Part shown: piece by piece, positions 1-12,835 of the stretch | Position numbering within the stretch: position 1 is the first letter of the stretch | Layout of the letters: each line of letters starts with the position of its first letter | From: Callorhinchus milii | Lineage: Eukaryota | Assembly: GCF_018977255.1 (NCBI RefSeq) | Contig: NW_024704753.1 | Location: 372,001-436,000, forward strand | Direction: 5' to 3' | Length of the DNA: 64,000 nucleotides | Position numbers and translations under genes: made by a program | The notes under the pieces: generated by a model | Database searches by the model: none | Seen by the model: the letters and a program-made list of their open reading frames with translations, nothing else | What the model was told of the DNA's origin: nothing

Positions 1-518
1 TCAAAGCGCTTCACAGAACTCAGTGTACAATGTAGTGACTGTATTTTGTAGATGAACACCTACAATTGTAACAGAATCTCCATCCATATTGTCTAGTCCC
101 TTAACGGTAGTTTACCAAGAACATCTTACTACTGTAGTTGGAGTCTGCCTAACTAACTGAACCAATTAAACTTAAGATTTCTGTCTCAGACTATGATTTC
201 ACAGCATGTTTTTGAATATTTTATTTGCAACAGAATCTATTTTCTGATAAAGAAATTTTAGCTCAAACCTCAGGAAAACATTAAAGTGGCCCAAACATTA
301 AATAGCACATTTGATATAAACGACCAGTGAACTGATGAGTCACCTCACGTGAAATCTGCATTTGTTTTGGTCAGCTGGGTGTCTGGCAAATGCAGAAACC
401 CATCGCTATGCTTAAGAGACTCCAAACTAAATTCTATATAGAATTCTATACATCACACCTACGCTAGAAATTTCAGAGATATTGATTGAAATGAATGCAC
501 ATTCCACAGTAAGATGTG

Positions 519-853
519 GAGTCCTGTAGCTCAGTGGTTAGAGTACCCATCTCGCAAGCGAGAAACCTGGGTTCGATTCACGAGCAGGGCGAAACTTTGG
601 GCAAGTAGGAACCCGGTTGTTAGTCGATTGGCAGATCGCTTTTCCAGGGATAATACTTCTTTCAAGAAAAATAATAATAATAAATTGGTCACTCAATCCA
701 CAACTGTTTGTGGGACACTGCTGTGTGCAATTGGCTGTATGTCGGAGTACAAAGCCCACAAAATATATTCACTTTATTGTATATTCTGTTAAGTGCTTTG
801 AGACGTCTCAAAGACTTGATAAGACTCTGTATCAAATGCAAGGATTATTATTC
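519..853 (+). mobile_element. tRNA-derived SINE, full length
   Basis: A box TAGCTCAGTGG, B box GGTTCGATTC, body GTTTGTGGGACACTGCTGTG, tail ATCAAATGCAAGGATTATTATT; multiple copies in the window. Confidence 0.88.
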
Positions 854-3800
854 TCTCCCTGGAGAAGTGCATTCCTGCTTACCTAATTCAAGTGAGTATT
901 ACTACAGGTTGACAGGAGCCAAGGCTTGGGATCCTAGAATATGTATTGGGGTTCTGCCACCTAAAACCACATAGCTTCCCAATGAAAGCACTGCCAAGCT
1001 TTTCCGCTGTTTGTCCAGCAAGGAACACCTTATCCATTAGGGTTGTGACTTGCAGGGTTAACAGGAGCTGAATAGAAAGAATTCTTACCCCCCGTGACTA
1101 GTCTCCCCTTCTCATTGACAGGTCCTGTCAATGAGCCAATGGGTTGTCATCAACAGTGCCTGGAGTATTGTGGACCTGCTTAGCTCAGGAACCGGACAAC
1201 TGAGACCACCACAGAAGGTTGGCTCGATTCTAATGTTTCGTTACCAAGCTTTTCACCATGGAGCCAGTTCATCTCCAAGGATACCCTGCCCCCAGGAAGA
1301 CAGTCACTAGTTGGTCATTTGACATCTAATAATTGCAGGCTTGAGTCCTCATTTAGGTAGATGGCAGCTCAGCATGAAATTCGCAGGAGCATTGCCACCA
1401 TCTTCCTGTCCACAGCTCAGACACACATCCCTTCCCATTGAGTGATGCAGTTGGAGGTGTGGGGCTTGAGCAGTATCTGCTTACCTATCTACAAACCAAT
1501 GAAGATGGATTCCTAGTGCTAGATGTACTCGAACTCAGACTCCAGGTAACGCCTTCCAGCAGTTGTTGCCTCATGCCTCAGAGTTTCCTCATCAGCTATT
1601 TGTTCGACACCTGCATTCAGGGTGGTGCAAGGATCTTTGCAGACCTGCTTGTGATATGCCAGCTACCTTGATGTTCTCGAGGTCCAAGATATTTACATCA
1701 ATAAATAAATAACCCAACCCTCCAAGCTGGAATGAAATGCAGACTTTCTAAAATGGATTGAATATTCTGTGATAAAAAATATTTACACATTAATACAAAT
1801 TAAACAAATGATAAATGGATTGACAGGTGGTCCCAGCAGAGAGAACGGAGAAGAAATCTGAACACCTTTTCAATAAATCTGTTAGAATGCGATAGTTTAC
1901 TTAAAACAGTTTATATCGATGTGTGAAAAAATATTTCACTCAGATAAAGCAAGTCCTGTCCTTTAAATCTCTAGCTCCCTGTAACTAATCCACTTGTTGA
2001 CACCTCCAGCAATAATACTTAGATTGGCATGATGCCATTTTTTAATCACTCCCGTTGGACTACAGGACTTCCTAGCAATTATAGAAATCATCCAGAAATC
2101 CAGCTAGATATTTTGGATCAGTTACAAGCACTGATGGAAAACACATGACCAGTTACAATGCGCTTTCAAAATTTGGTTGTGAGGAGTACGACGAGATGAT
2201 CCATGAGCACATTTGTTTAAACATTACTCAACTGTTTGGGACACAGCACAACTTCCTTTTTAGTTATTAGTATTATTTGCCTTAAATTCTACAGAATTCT
2301 TCCAATACTTAATATCTTCGGAATAAAAATTGTCACGAACCTGGATGTTTTTTGGGTGGACAAGAAGTGTCTTCGGAGCTTCCGAAAGGTATGTGAATTT
2401 ATGAAAGAAATCTAACGAGAAAAGTGCTTCACTCTGTGTAACAAATTCAAATTCCTATTTCTAAAATCTATAGATATCTATGTATTAATGATTAAAAGTG
2501 GAAATGTAAAATATAATTATCTTGCCTAATTTTATTAATGTTATATTCTTCTGCATTCGTTTATATAAGACTGTTTAATGTGTAAAAATTCTATAATTTT
2601 TCTATGAAAAATAAACACACAATTACCATTCACACTTCAATTATCTGAGTCAATAGAAGAGATTTGAACAAGCAACTTTCAATGTCATTTAAGCATTTTC
2701 AAAATTTTCCATTCATTGAGTTCCGTTTAAACGGAGCATTCATTATTACAAGACAATAATAAAAATGCATTTCCACAAACCAAAAATATTTATCAAAGGT
2801 ATAAACTAAAAAAATCCAGTTGAAATAAATGTTTTATTCAAAAGACAATCATAAACACTTTGATGCTATCATTTGGGATGAATAAAATCAGTACTGTTTT
2901 TCTCAATGAACTTCATGGCAGATGATTTGTAAAATTTATTCCTGTTGTTTCTCACAATATTGCACTTTTGGCTCCAATGCACTATATTGTATCCAGAGGA
3001 TAGAGAACATGGTTGCAGATCATGTTCAGCTTGACAGCTCACTACTGTACAAGTAGGAAGCTTTCTTCATTTGTTGTACGCCTTTACTAAGCAAACATTT
3101 CACCAAGGAAATAATTCACCCACTCCAAACGATTCTCTGTAACCACATTTGTGCTGTTTCAAAATTGCAGGTTGAGAGTTGGTTGGCACGATATTTATAA
3201 ATTGCCATTAAATTACGTTCAATATTTGTAAACAAGATCAGGAATCAAAAGACACTGTTCTTGTATTAAGATTTAGTCAAGAGTTGCTTTAAATTTAAAT
3301 AGATTTTTTGGTAAAATACAGGGTTGGCTTTCTAAGTGTTTATTTGAGCCATATTATACTTAGACAGACTATCAACTGCAAATCATTAAAAAATAAAATA
3401 AGTGTAATTAGCCCTTGATGCCAACATTATATTTCAATAGTGTCGGTGATAGTCAAAGTTATCTTAATTAGATATTCGTTTGACAGCAATCAAAATCCTT
3501 CTTTCCTAAACACTTAGAAAAGGTGTAACATCAAAATACTTGCTCTGCTGATGAGCATTACTGCATGTACATGGAGCACATTCAGCACACAAATCTTATA
3601 GCAAATGGTCTATCGTGATAAAAATACTAACCGGTTTATTGATGGTAGTGAGCATTCTGTATACCTTCATTCTATTGGTAAATATGCAAGAAATATCACA
3701 AAAAAGCTTTCCAAAAGCAATCAAGTCATATGTAATTGTTTCAGCACACAATGCCTGTAATAATAAGCTGCAAGGTATAATTATCAGTAGCTGGATATTG

Positions 3801-3871
3801 GTACTTTCTAACGTTGCTTTATTATTGATGTCTTCACTTTGTAAACTAGACGCATAATCCAGGATTGCACT

Positions 3872-6800
3872 ATGAAAGTCTTTACGCTCCTGTCCATTGT
3901 GTCTCTGTGTTCCACAAAACCATTACTTCAGGATGAAGTCAGTCCTCTCATGGTAAAATACGACATTCCAGCAATACCTACTGCACACCATCCGATCTTC
4001 ACTTGTCCACTGGAATGTACATGTCATATACGGGTAGTCCAATGCTCAGATGCTGGTAAGATTCTATTTTTTAATTTAAATTGAGATTTAGGAATATAGA
4101 ATCAGGAAGCCATTTAGCCTCTTCAGTAATTTTATTAAATCATGGTAGTTCTTTCATTCCCATTTCCTTGCCTTTTCTCCTTAACCAGTTTACTTTTAAA
4201 GCACTAATCAACCCTTAACCTCCTCAGACGTAAAGAATATAAACTGTCGCACTGATTATAGCTAAGACCCTTCATCTTAGGTATTAAGATAGTAAATCAG
4301 ATCTGGCCATACTCCAAAATACAAAATACTCCAAAATCCTTCTTAAGATTGGGTGCCCCAACTTCAAATGAGGTCTGCCAAGCATTCTATGTAACAGGAA
4401 TCTGACTCAGGCTTCACATACTGGAGAGCTGTGTGATACAAGAGGTAGCAAAAGTAAATCTTGCAGCTATCAGAAATTGGCTACAAACATAACATTGAAG
4501 AAATGTTAACAGCAATGGCTGCCATTAACTGGAACCTGAAACTAGACAACCACAGGCTGTGGACTGTTCCAAGCAGCCTCCAAGCTGATGCTGAGTGGGC
4601 AGAGCAATCCTACTCACTGAAAGGAAACCCTTCAAAGCTCTCTGAGAGAACTACTGTTATAACTAAATTATACTGATCTTTAAACACCTCACCTCCCCTG
4701 CTTAGCATGACTATTTCACGAGTGTGGTAAGCAGAAGACCATAGCTTATAATAAGACAACCATTTCTATGGATGAAATTCAGATGATGCACAATATTCAG
4801 TGGAACACGGGAATCAGTAATATTGTGATTGTATATTATTGTGTAAACATATAAAACCAGAAACTAATTTGTTGTTTCTTAGGTTTAAGGTCAGTGCCAG
4901 CACAAATTCCCAGAAGCACGGTCATGCTTGATCTTCAGAACAACAAAATTAGTGAAATAAAAGAAAATGATTTCAAGAATCTTCCTTCACTCTATGTAAG
5001 CCAATATGGTTCCATGTCCCTGTGCTATCCATTCTTTTGTTAATTCTTGAATTCCAATTACGTTTATTCAGCTCAGAAATGAACATAAAAATCTCATTCT
5101 TGGAAAAAAAGGTTGACTTCCACATGAATAGAATTTTCCACTTATAGGGAGAAAAATAAATCACTTGGAGCATTACCTCTTAAAGACCTTCCTAATGTCG
5201 CACTGCCATTTCCCCACAAAGTTGAATGTAAAGCCTCATTATGAACTGTACTTTTAGTTCTTTGACTGGAGGTGTAGCAAAGCAACCCCAAGAGTGACAA
5301 CATAAGCAACATAATGCATATATATACCTCAAATACACCAAACAGTCCCATAGCTCAGTGGTTAGAGCACTCGCCACGCAGGCGAGAGACCTGGAATCAA
5401 TTCCTGGCAGGGCGAAATGTTGGACAAGTTTCCTTACTCCACACGCCTTGGTTTACCTAGCCGTAAGTAGAAACCCGATTAGCGGATCGCTTTTCCGGGG
5501 GTAATAATTCCTTAAATTTTTTTTAAAAAAATTGGTCCACGGATGTTTCTGGGACACTGCTGTGCGCAATTGGCTTCAGCGTTTCGCTCAGAAAATACTA
5601 TTTCACAATTCATTTTACAATTGACCTGGGTTCAATTCTCAGCAGGACAAAATGTTGGGCAAGTTTTCTTACTCAACACGCTTCTGCTTACCTAGCAGTA
5701 AGTATGAACCCGGTTGTTAGTGGATTGGCAGATCGCTTTCCGAGATTAATAATCCCTTCAAAAATACAATAAAATAAAAATTTGGTCACTCAATCCACGA
5801 CTGTTTGTAGGACATTGCTGTGTGCAATTGGCTGTCGCATTTTGCCCACAAAGTATATAGGCAACTCATGTCTCAAAGGCATGATAAGGCACTACATCAA
5901 ATGCAAGGATTATTATTATTATCATTTAGGAACTGGCAGTGAGACTCAGAAAAGTATGTGTTTTGCCCAGCTATGATCACAGCAGTGCTGATTGGGTTTG
6001 TTATCTTGAGCCGTCAGATCAGAATACTAACATTGGGAAAGTAAGCAAGCTACTGCTGGCATTAGGGAAATTTAAGGACATTATAACACTAGAGATATCC
6101 ATACAAACAATGAAATCAACTGTGGGAATGTTGTGCTTGGTGGGGACTACAAAATAGTTCTCATTTAGCTCTTGCTTTGTTCCAGGTGCATTGAATCATA
6201 AATAATCCTTGATATAGCACCTTATACTTTTATTGAAACATCTCAAAGTGCTTCACAGAAATTACTGTGTAATGTAATGTTATATATAATAAGCGCTTCA
6301 GAAATTACTGTGAAATGTAGTGTTATATATTTGTAGACATGAAGGCATGTGCTCCTTTTATTTCTCCCCCTTCCCTTTTCCTCGGATATCATTAACATAG
6401 AAAGAAACATTTTTGGCTTCACTGGATCTGGTTCTCAGAACTCTCCAATTCAAAGGTGTGAATATTAATGATCAGTTCATTAAAATTATCTCCTTCAACA
6501 GTCGTGGCACCAAAGTAAGTATGCCTGGATTCCAATGGAGAGAATGGCCCTTGCTCATAATATTCAGTGACACATAACCTTGGCTGAACCTGGACTGCAC
6601 TTTAATTGACTGTACTTCAGACACAATTGAACTGTACAAACAGAACATTTTCATGTAATATATCTGGATTGGATCCAACCCAGGTCCCAGAGGTGAAAGG
6701 CTAATTTGCACAACCCAGACCTGCAGAATGAAAGTATTTAATTCACATGAAATAGTACCTAAATGGAATTTGTTGCTCAATCTGTCAGGACAATAATACA

Positions 6801-9800
6801 GTATTTCTGTTTGCATATTTAACTAGATTTAGCACCATTTTATGTCCAGAATGTAAAACTATTTTTTCCTGTCTAGGCACTTTTTCTGATTAATAATCAG
6901 ATACATAAAATGCATCCAAAAGCTTTTAAATCGATTAAGCACTTGAAATTGCTTTACCTTTCATGGAATCTGATGCCTCAGGTTCCCACCAATTTACCCA
7001 AATCACTTGTGGAACTAAGAATTGATGACAACAAAATTAAGAAAGTACAGAAGGATGTTTTTAATGGAATGAAGCACTTACACGTTTTGGGTAAGCTTAC
7101 GTGGTTGATGTTTTACATAAACATAATTTTACTTCTACAACTGGAACAGGGTTAACTAGAGGGGTGATTGATAAGACTCTTTCAAGAAACAGCTTGATAC
7201 TGTAATGGGAAGATAGGTAATTGGTAGCGCCCTTGCTTCTGGGTCAGAAGATCATGACTTCAAGCCCACATCAGGACTTCAGGTCATAGACTAGGCTGAT
7301 ACACTAGTGCAGTACTGGGGAGTAGCCTTTGATTGTCAGAGGTGGTCCTGAAACAGGCTATTGCACAAGGATAATTTCAACAGACTAATTTCCTTACATG
7401 TTCTAAATGTCGTCCATCTTGACCCTGGGCTACAGTGGGTGCACCTGCCTGCCCAGAGCTTCACCACTCGATTTGTGCTCAGGAAACCAAAGTATCTCCT
7501 TTTCAGAGAAGACATTTCCCATATTTATTTTCTTAGTTTTAGATAAGAGCATTTTAGATTCAGAATGCTTCTTCATTTCCTTCCTCAGATAATTGTTTCC
7601 CATTAATTTGTTTTTAGCTCAAAACCCCTCTTGTTTGACCTTTTCCCAGAGTCCATCTTAACCTTGTTTAAAGGAATATTTATTCCCCAATTTGACCTGT
7701 TCACATTTGCTTCATTCTTGCCAACTTCAGAGTATTCAAGCTTTGATGTTATTTTGATTAAAATAAGTTTGCAATTAAAACCAGTAATAACAACCTCTGT
7801 AAAACACATCCACTAGAAATAAACATTTATATTTTTTCTGCAGTAAACTCCAAGCAAAACTCTTAGATCTGTTAATAGTGAATCCATTACTTTGCAGAGT
7901 TGAGTGGAAATCCGCTGGACACTCCTGGTATTGAACCTGAGGCTTTTAATGGGGTACCCCAACTATTTTATATAAGGATTTCACAGGCAAAGCTATCTTC
8001 AGTTCCAAAGAGTAAGTTTGCTTTCAATTACTCGTTTTTTGTTGCTGATTTATTCAGAGAAATGGTCAGGGAAACAAACGTATTTACAACTATTAGATAC
8101 AACCAAAGATTTATGAAAGCCACAAAGCAAAACTTGAGCAGTTACAATGGTAACCTCTTGTAACCTAGCAATGTAACCACCAACCGCCGATCATGGACAG
8201 CTTGGTAGGGAGGAGCAAGACCATGAAGGGCTTTAAAAGTGAACAAGATTTAATTTGTTCTTCGAGGAGAACAACACGTTCAGTGTTTCCGCCAACATTG
8301 CCAATTTAAGAGATTTTAATATAATGATATTTGATATTAATGAAAGCAACTAGTTTTTGGTGAGAGAATAGCATTTAACAGATGTGAGAGTGACAAACAT
8401 AGGTTCAGGATTCAGGTAACAGTAGACACTGACATTGCTTCCTTGCTAATGTAAACTACAGTGGGAGCGATACTAGTTATCAGCTGATACATTTCCATTC
8501 TGAGAAAGGTGAATCAAATTACATTCCCATTCCTTTCTTTTCTTTCTCTCCCCACCCAATTAGGCAAATCACGATATCAGGGGAATCAAATAATCCTCCG
8601 GCTGGTAACTCTATAGTGTCGATGAGAAACAGAAAATACAGTAGAAAAGGGAACAGGATATGAGGATATAGGGATCCCCATAGTTTAATAGCCCTAATAA
8701 GCTGGACATCCTTATGTTCTCTAAAGGCAGAAATGTGCTTACACAGTGCAGTACTATTTCCACACAGTGGCAAGCTAAGATGAACAATTATTGCGTTGAC
8801 ATAATTTGTTCAATGCTGGAGCCAGAAAAGGGGGTGAAAGTTATGTGTGAAGGTAAAGAGCCCAAGTTTAAATAGTGGAGACACCAGGGTGGACAAACAT
8901 TTGGGAGTTAAGCTTGCTGGTCTGTGCTATAATACTGTACTTGTATCGTTTCCTTACTTTCTTGATATTAATGAAAGTAAAAACTAATGTCATGTTTAAT
9001 AGCTTAGCATCATTTTACATTAATACAGAAAGTACCCTGCTACTGTGTGTGTGTGTGAAGTGTTAAACTGAGGCCCATCTGCCTGTTCAATTAGATGATA
9101 AATACCCCATGATACTGTGGGAAAAACAGGGCGTTTTCCCTGGTATCCAGGCCAACAGTCTTTCTGATCAATTGGTCATTCACTTCATGGATGTTAAATT
9201 GCAATATACAATAATTCACCTACAAAACATACAATCAATTCACTTTACAGTATATTCTGTGAAGCGCTTTGAGACATCTCGAAGATGTGATGGGACCCTA
9301 TATCAAATCCAAGTATATTTATTATTAATAAAAAAACTAACTAGTACGATTCAGATATTTATACTTTGTACAATTTTTCACCAAAGATCTACCATCCAAC
9401 CTCTATGAATTGTACCTTGACTCTAACAAGATTTCAATGGTGGAACTTGAGGATTTTAGACGATATAAACACCTCTACAGGTAAGAATGTCTGGTTTGTT
9501 TTAAAATAGATAGAGAAAATGAGTAGGCGGTGCCATCAGGGCTCTCCAATTGCATGGCGGCCTGTGTATCCTGGATAGTCCACAACCCCACTGGTGTTAA
9601 GTGTTGCTATCTTGTCAGCATGGCACTTCATTGTCTCAATTATTTCCATGCTTTTTGTGAGTAGCAGAGCATGTGACCAAAGGTGTAAACGGTGGGAGTT
9701 TGAGTCAGGTGGGTCCAGCTGGACCATGGAGGGACGTCAAATAGGATATTGGTCAGCTCACCTGTCCGGCTTGACCTGTAAATGCCTTTATGTATTACAA

Positions 9801-10701
9801 TTCTGACTTAATTTAAGGCTTTGAAGTGTTGTCATTTGCATGCTTGTCACCAATGAATAGTTTGAATTATTTTTGAGTTGTCCGTATTTTACTCGTTAAT
9901 ATAAACGGGATATGGTTTTGTCCTCAAAGCCCCCTGACTCTAGCCACTGAGCAATTGGGTATAGATACCAGCTCCGTAACAGTAATATAGGGAGAAAGGA
10001 AAAGAGAGCTCTTCTGAAGTCAGGCTTGGGATAGAGGTGAAAACATTGCTATGTATCCTGAACATTTTAAGCTTGATAACCCTACTTGTTTCCTCTCTTC
10101 AGGCTGGACTTGGGATATAACCAAATTAAAGAGGTTGAAAATGGCAGTTTAGCCTATCTTTCTAATGTAAGACAGATCCATTTGGAAAACAACAAGCTTA
10201 AGAGAGTTCCTCCTGGTCTAAATGAACTGAAATATCTTCAGGTAAGTAGGCAAACAGTTTGCATAGTTTCCATTTTTATTTTAATTATTGTAGCGTATTC
10301 TAGAGTAAATCTAAAAATTGAGCATTTTTGTCTCTATTAAAGCAGCAGTTTTGCCAATAAACAAATGCAAAAATGTGTTTTTATAGAACAGAAACTCTTT
10401 GTTTTGGAAATAAAAGCTGAAAAATGGTAGTACTAAAATTCCAACAAAAAGATTTCCATGTTTTCTAATGTACAGATATAAACAACTANTTTTTTGTGTG
10501 CAGGTAGTATACCTTCATAATAACAATATTAGCAGCGTTGATGTAAATGACTTCTGTCCAAGGGGATCTGGAATTAAGAGAGCCTTCTACAATGGAATCA
10601 GTCTTTTTGGAAATCCTGTGAAATACTGGGAAATTCAACCGGCTTCTTTTCGATGTGTGTCCAGTGCCTATGGGTTGCATCTTGGAAATTTCAAGAAGTA
10701 A
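3872..10701 (+). CDS. ASPN: Class I small leucine-rich proteoglycan, asporin-like (~351 aa, 7 coding exons)
   Basis: Hand-spliced exons 3872-4055, 4883-4995, 6877-7090, 7898-8011, 9387-9480, 10103-10241, 10504-10701; all GT-AG and in frame. Signal peptide [17 protein letters not shown]; class I cysteine cluster CX3CXCX6C ([14 protein letters not shown]); LRRs; asporin-like [30 protein letters not shown]. Position upstream of OMD/OGN inside CENPP supports ASPN over DCN/BGN. Confidence 0.88.
5346..5925 (+). mobile_element. tRNA-derived SINE, two copies in tandem
   Basis: Head at 5346 (TAGCTCAGTGGTTAGAGC), second partial head at ~5625, shared (ATT)n tail at ~5920. Confidence 0.8.
9055..9330 (+). 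mobile_element. Deu-domain SINE fragment in ASPN intron
   Basis: GTTAAACTGAGGCCCATCTGCC core and GTGAAGCGCTTTGAGACATC tail. Confidence 0.65.
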
Positions 10702-12454
10702 AGGAAGCAGAACAATGTGAACAGATAGTGCTCTTTATGGAGAATGGGATTAATTTCCATTTGCCAATATATTAACCAACAAGAGGAATATATCCCTATG
10801 AAGACCTCTGCTCTCAGCATATGGACAGTACTTTACTGTGGTATGTACAGAGAGGAAGTCAACTGCAGCAATTGGGGTTATCTGAAGCAGTAATACATAA
10901 TGCCAAGCAGTTTAGGTTTCTGTAAACAGCTCTATTTTACTGTATCTACACAGACAAGTACCTTCCCTATACTGACATTGTTCTGGAATTACTAGATCCA
11001 CTGCAACAACAAGATTGATTAAATATAGTTCTGTTGCAGTTTTAATCTATTCCATTTAAACAGATAGTAGGATAGATACTGTATATTTAATCAATGAGCA
11101 AGTAAATACTCAGTTACATGTCTGTTGCACACCATTTGCGTGAACACGTAAGAAAAGCGCAGGTTTCAATGCAGTAAACAATCCAGCCCATTCACAATTA
11201 ATTCCCAGAGCTATACCTCTATACCTGCCAAGCCAATTTGGATCAATTGCAAGTATGACATTATGTTATTTGTATTTTACTTTCTTAAAACCAACACCAC
11301 CAGGCAAGAATTCCATTATTACTTGTTTAACAACATATTAATGTACAATTACCATCCAATTAATTATCTCTATCACCGTGTCCATTTGAAAAACAATGTG
11401 AATAGCAGGGCATGCCAGAATAGTATCAATATAATTATAGCATTGTACTTTTTTTAAAAAAAAACACCCTTTTTAATATTACTTGAATATTAATCCCAGA
11501 AGTTATTAGCACTATAGTCATACTATTATTGATGCTAAACGTTTTGCTAGAATAACTGTACTTTGCTGACAAAGGATAAACTTCTAGAACATTTCAGGAT
11601 ATATACTGGAAGATAAAAGAAGGCATCCTAGTAACTTCCATACAGTGAGTCAAAAACTACATCAGTATTTATTTCTGATAGTGAATCATTTAATTCATGA
11701 TAAACGATCACACATTAGTTTGTTGCCTCTAATTTCTATTCACAGGCACCTTTTACATACAGAAATGTGATGAATCGTTTAGCAGTATTACACGCAAGTT
11801 CATACATTACTTTGAATTGCAACTAGCTCCTGTTTGTGCTTGGAATTCACTACTACCCTGAAATGGGAATAGGAATATGGCTGAAATAATTATACTGCTT
11901 TCAATTACCAAAATACACAGTGAATTCCCTTTACAATATATTCTGTGAAGCTTTGAGACGTCTCAACAACGTGATAAGGCACTCTATCAAATGCAAATGC
12001 AAGGATTATTATTATTTATCATTGCCAAATGCTTTTTGTTTAAAATTTAAGGCTTCTCTTCTATATATAAATTGCAGAAATTAACATGAGTTTATGAATA
12101 TTTTATAACTTCTTCCTGGTGATTTTAGTGGCTGTGCTCTATCATTCAGTAATAAAAAAATACAGTATTCAGAGAAAAACAATGATGTACAATAACTTAG
12201 ATTGTCTTTTGTATTGCCACAAGTCTTAGCATTGGGGACTCCAATGGGTCGATTACAATTGACTTCTTGGAGCAGCAACAAGTGGCCCACCAAAGTCCTG
12301 CACCAACCCAGGCGAGTCCACACCAGTTTCAGTAACTACCGAGCCACAATACCCATGGAGTAGCCAAAAATGAAGAAAAGTTCAATAAAGAAAACTTTAT
12401 TTGGTCGGCCGACCATAAAGGTTGGAGACACTTGTCTTAGCACAACTCTGCAGC

Positions 12455-12835
12455 TGGTGTACTCTCACGCACCAGGCTCCGTGACCCCATCACTCCCACC
12501 CTCGCCCGACTCCACTGGCTCCCCATCCCCCAGAGGATTGAGTTCAAGATCCTCGTCCTCACCTTTAAGGCCATCCGTGGCCTTGCCCCCTCCTACCTCT
12601 CTGACCTGCTGACTCCCTACCAACCTGCCCGCTCCCTCCGTTCATCGGGCTCCGGCTGCTCCATATCTGCCAGCCTCTCTGCCCCCACAATCTGGAACTC
12701 CATCCAACGATCCCTTCGCCTTGTTTCCTTCCTTGCCTCCTTCAAGGCTGGTCTCAAGACCCTTCTCTTCGACCATGCCTTTGGTCTCTCTCCCACCCCT
12801 CTGCCTTCCCTCACCCCTACACCATCCCCCCCATG
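12455..12835 (+). mobile_element. L2 LINE 3' fragment
   Basis: CTCCACTGGCTCCCCATCCCCCAGAGGATTGAGTTCAAGATCCTCGTCCTCACCTTTAAGGCC (LHWLPI.QRIEFKILVLTFKA). Confidence 0.85.

Noticed and set aside
519-590. Possible tRNA genes (also 5346, 39730, 63720)
   Set aside because: A/B boxes continue into a SINE body and tail, and no proper acceptor stem is evident; these are SINE heads.
2300-2395. Putative non-coding first exon of ASPN (donor AAG|GTATGT at 2388); similarly for OMD at 17301
   Set aside because: Plausible donors, but not supportable without transcript data.
3872-10701. Calling the class I SLRP decorin or biglycan
   Set aside because: No N-terminal Ser-Gly site, asporin-type internal motifs and ASPN syntenic position; residual doubt is reflected in the confidence.
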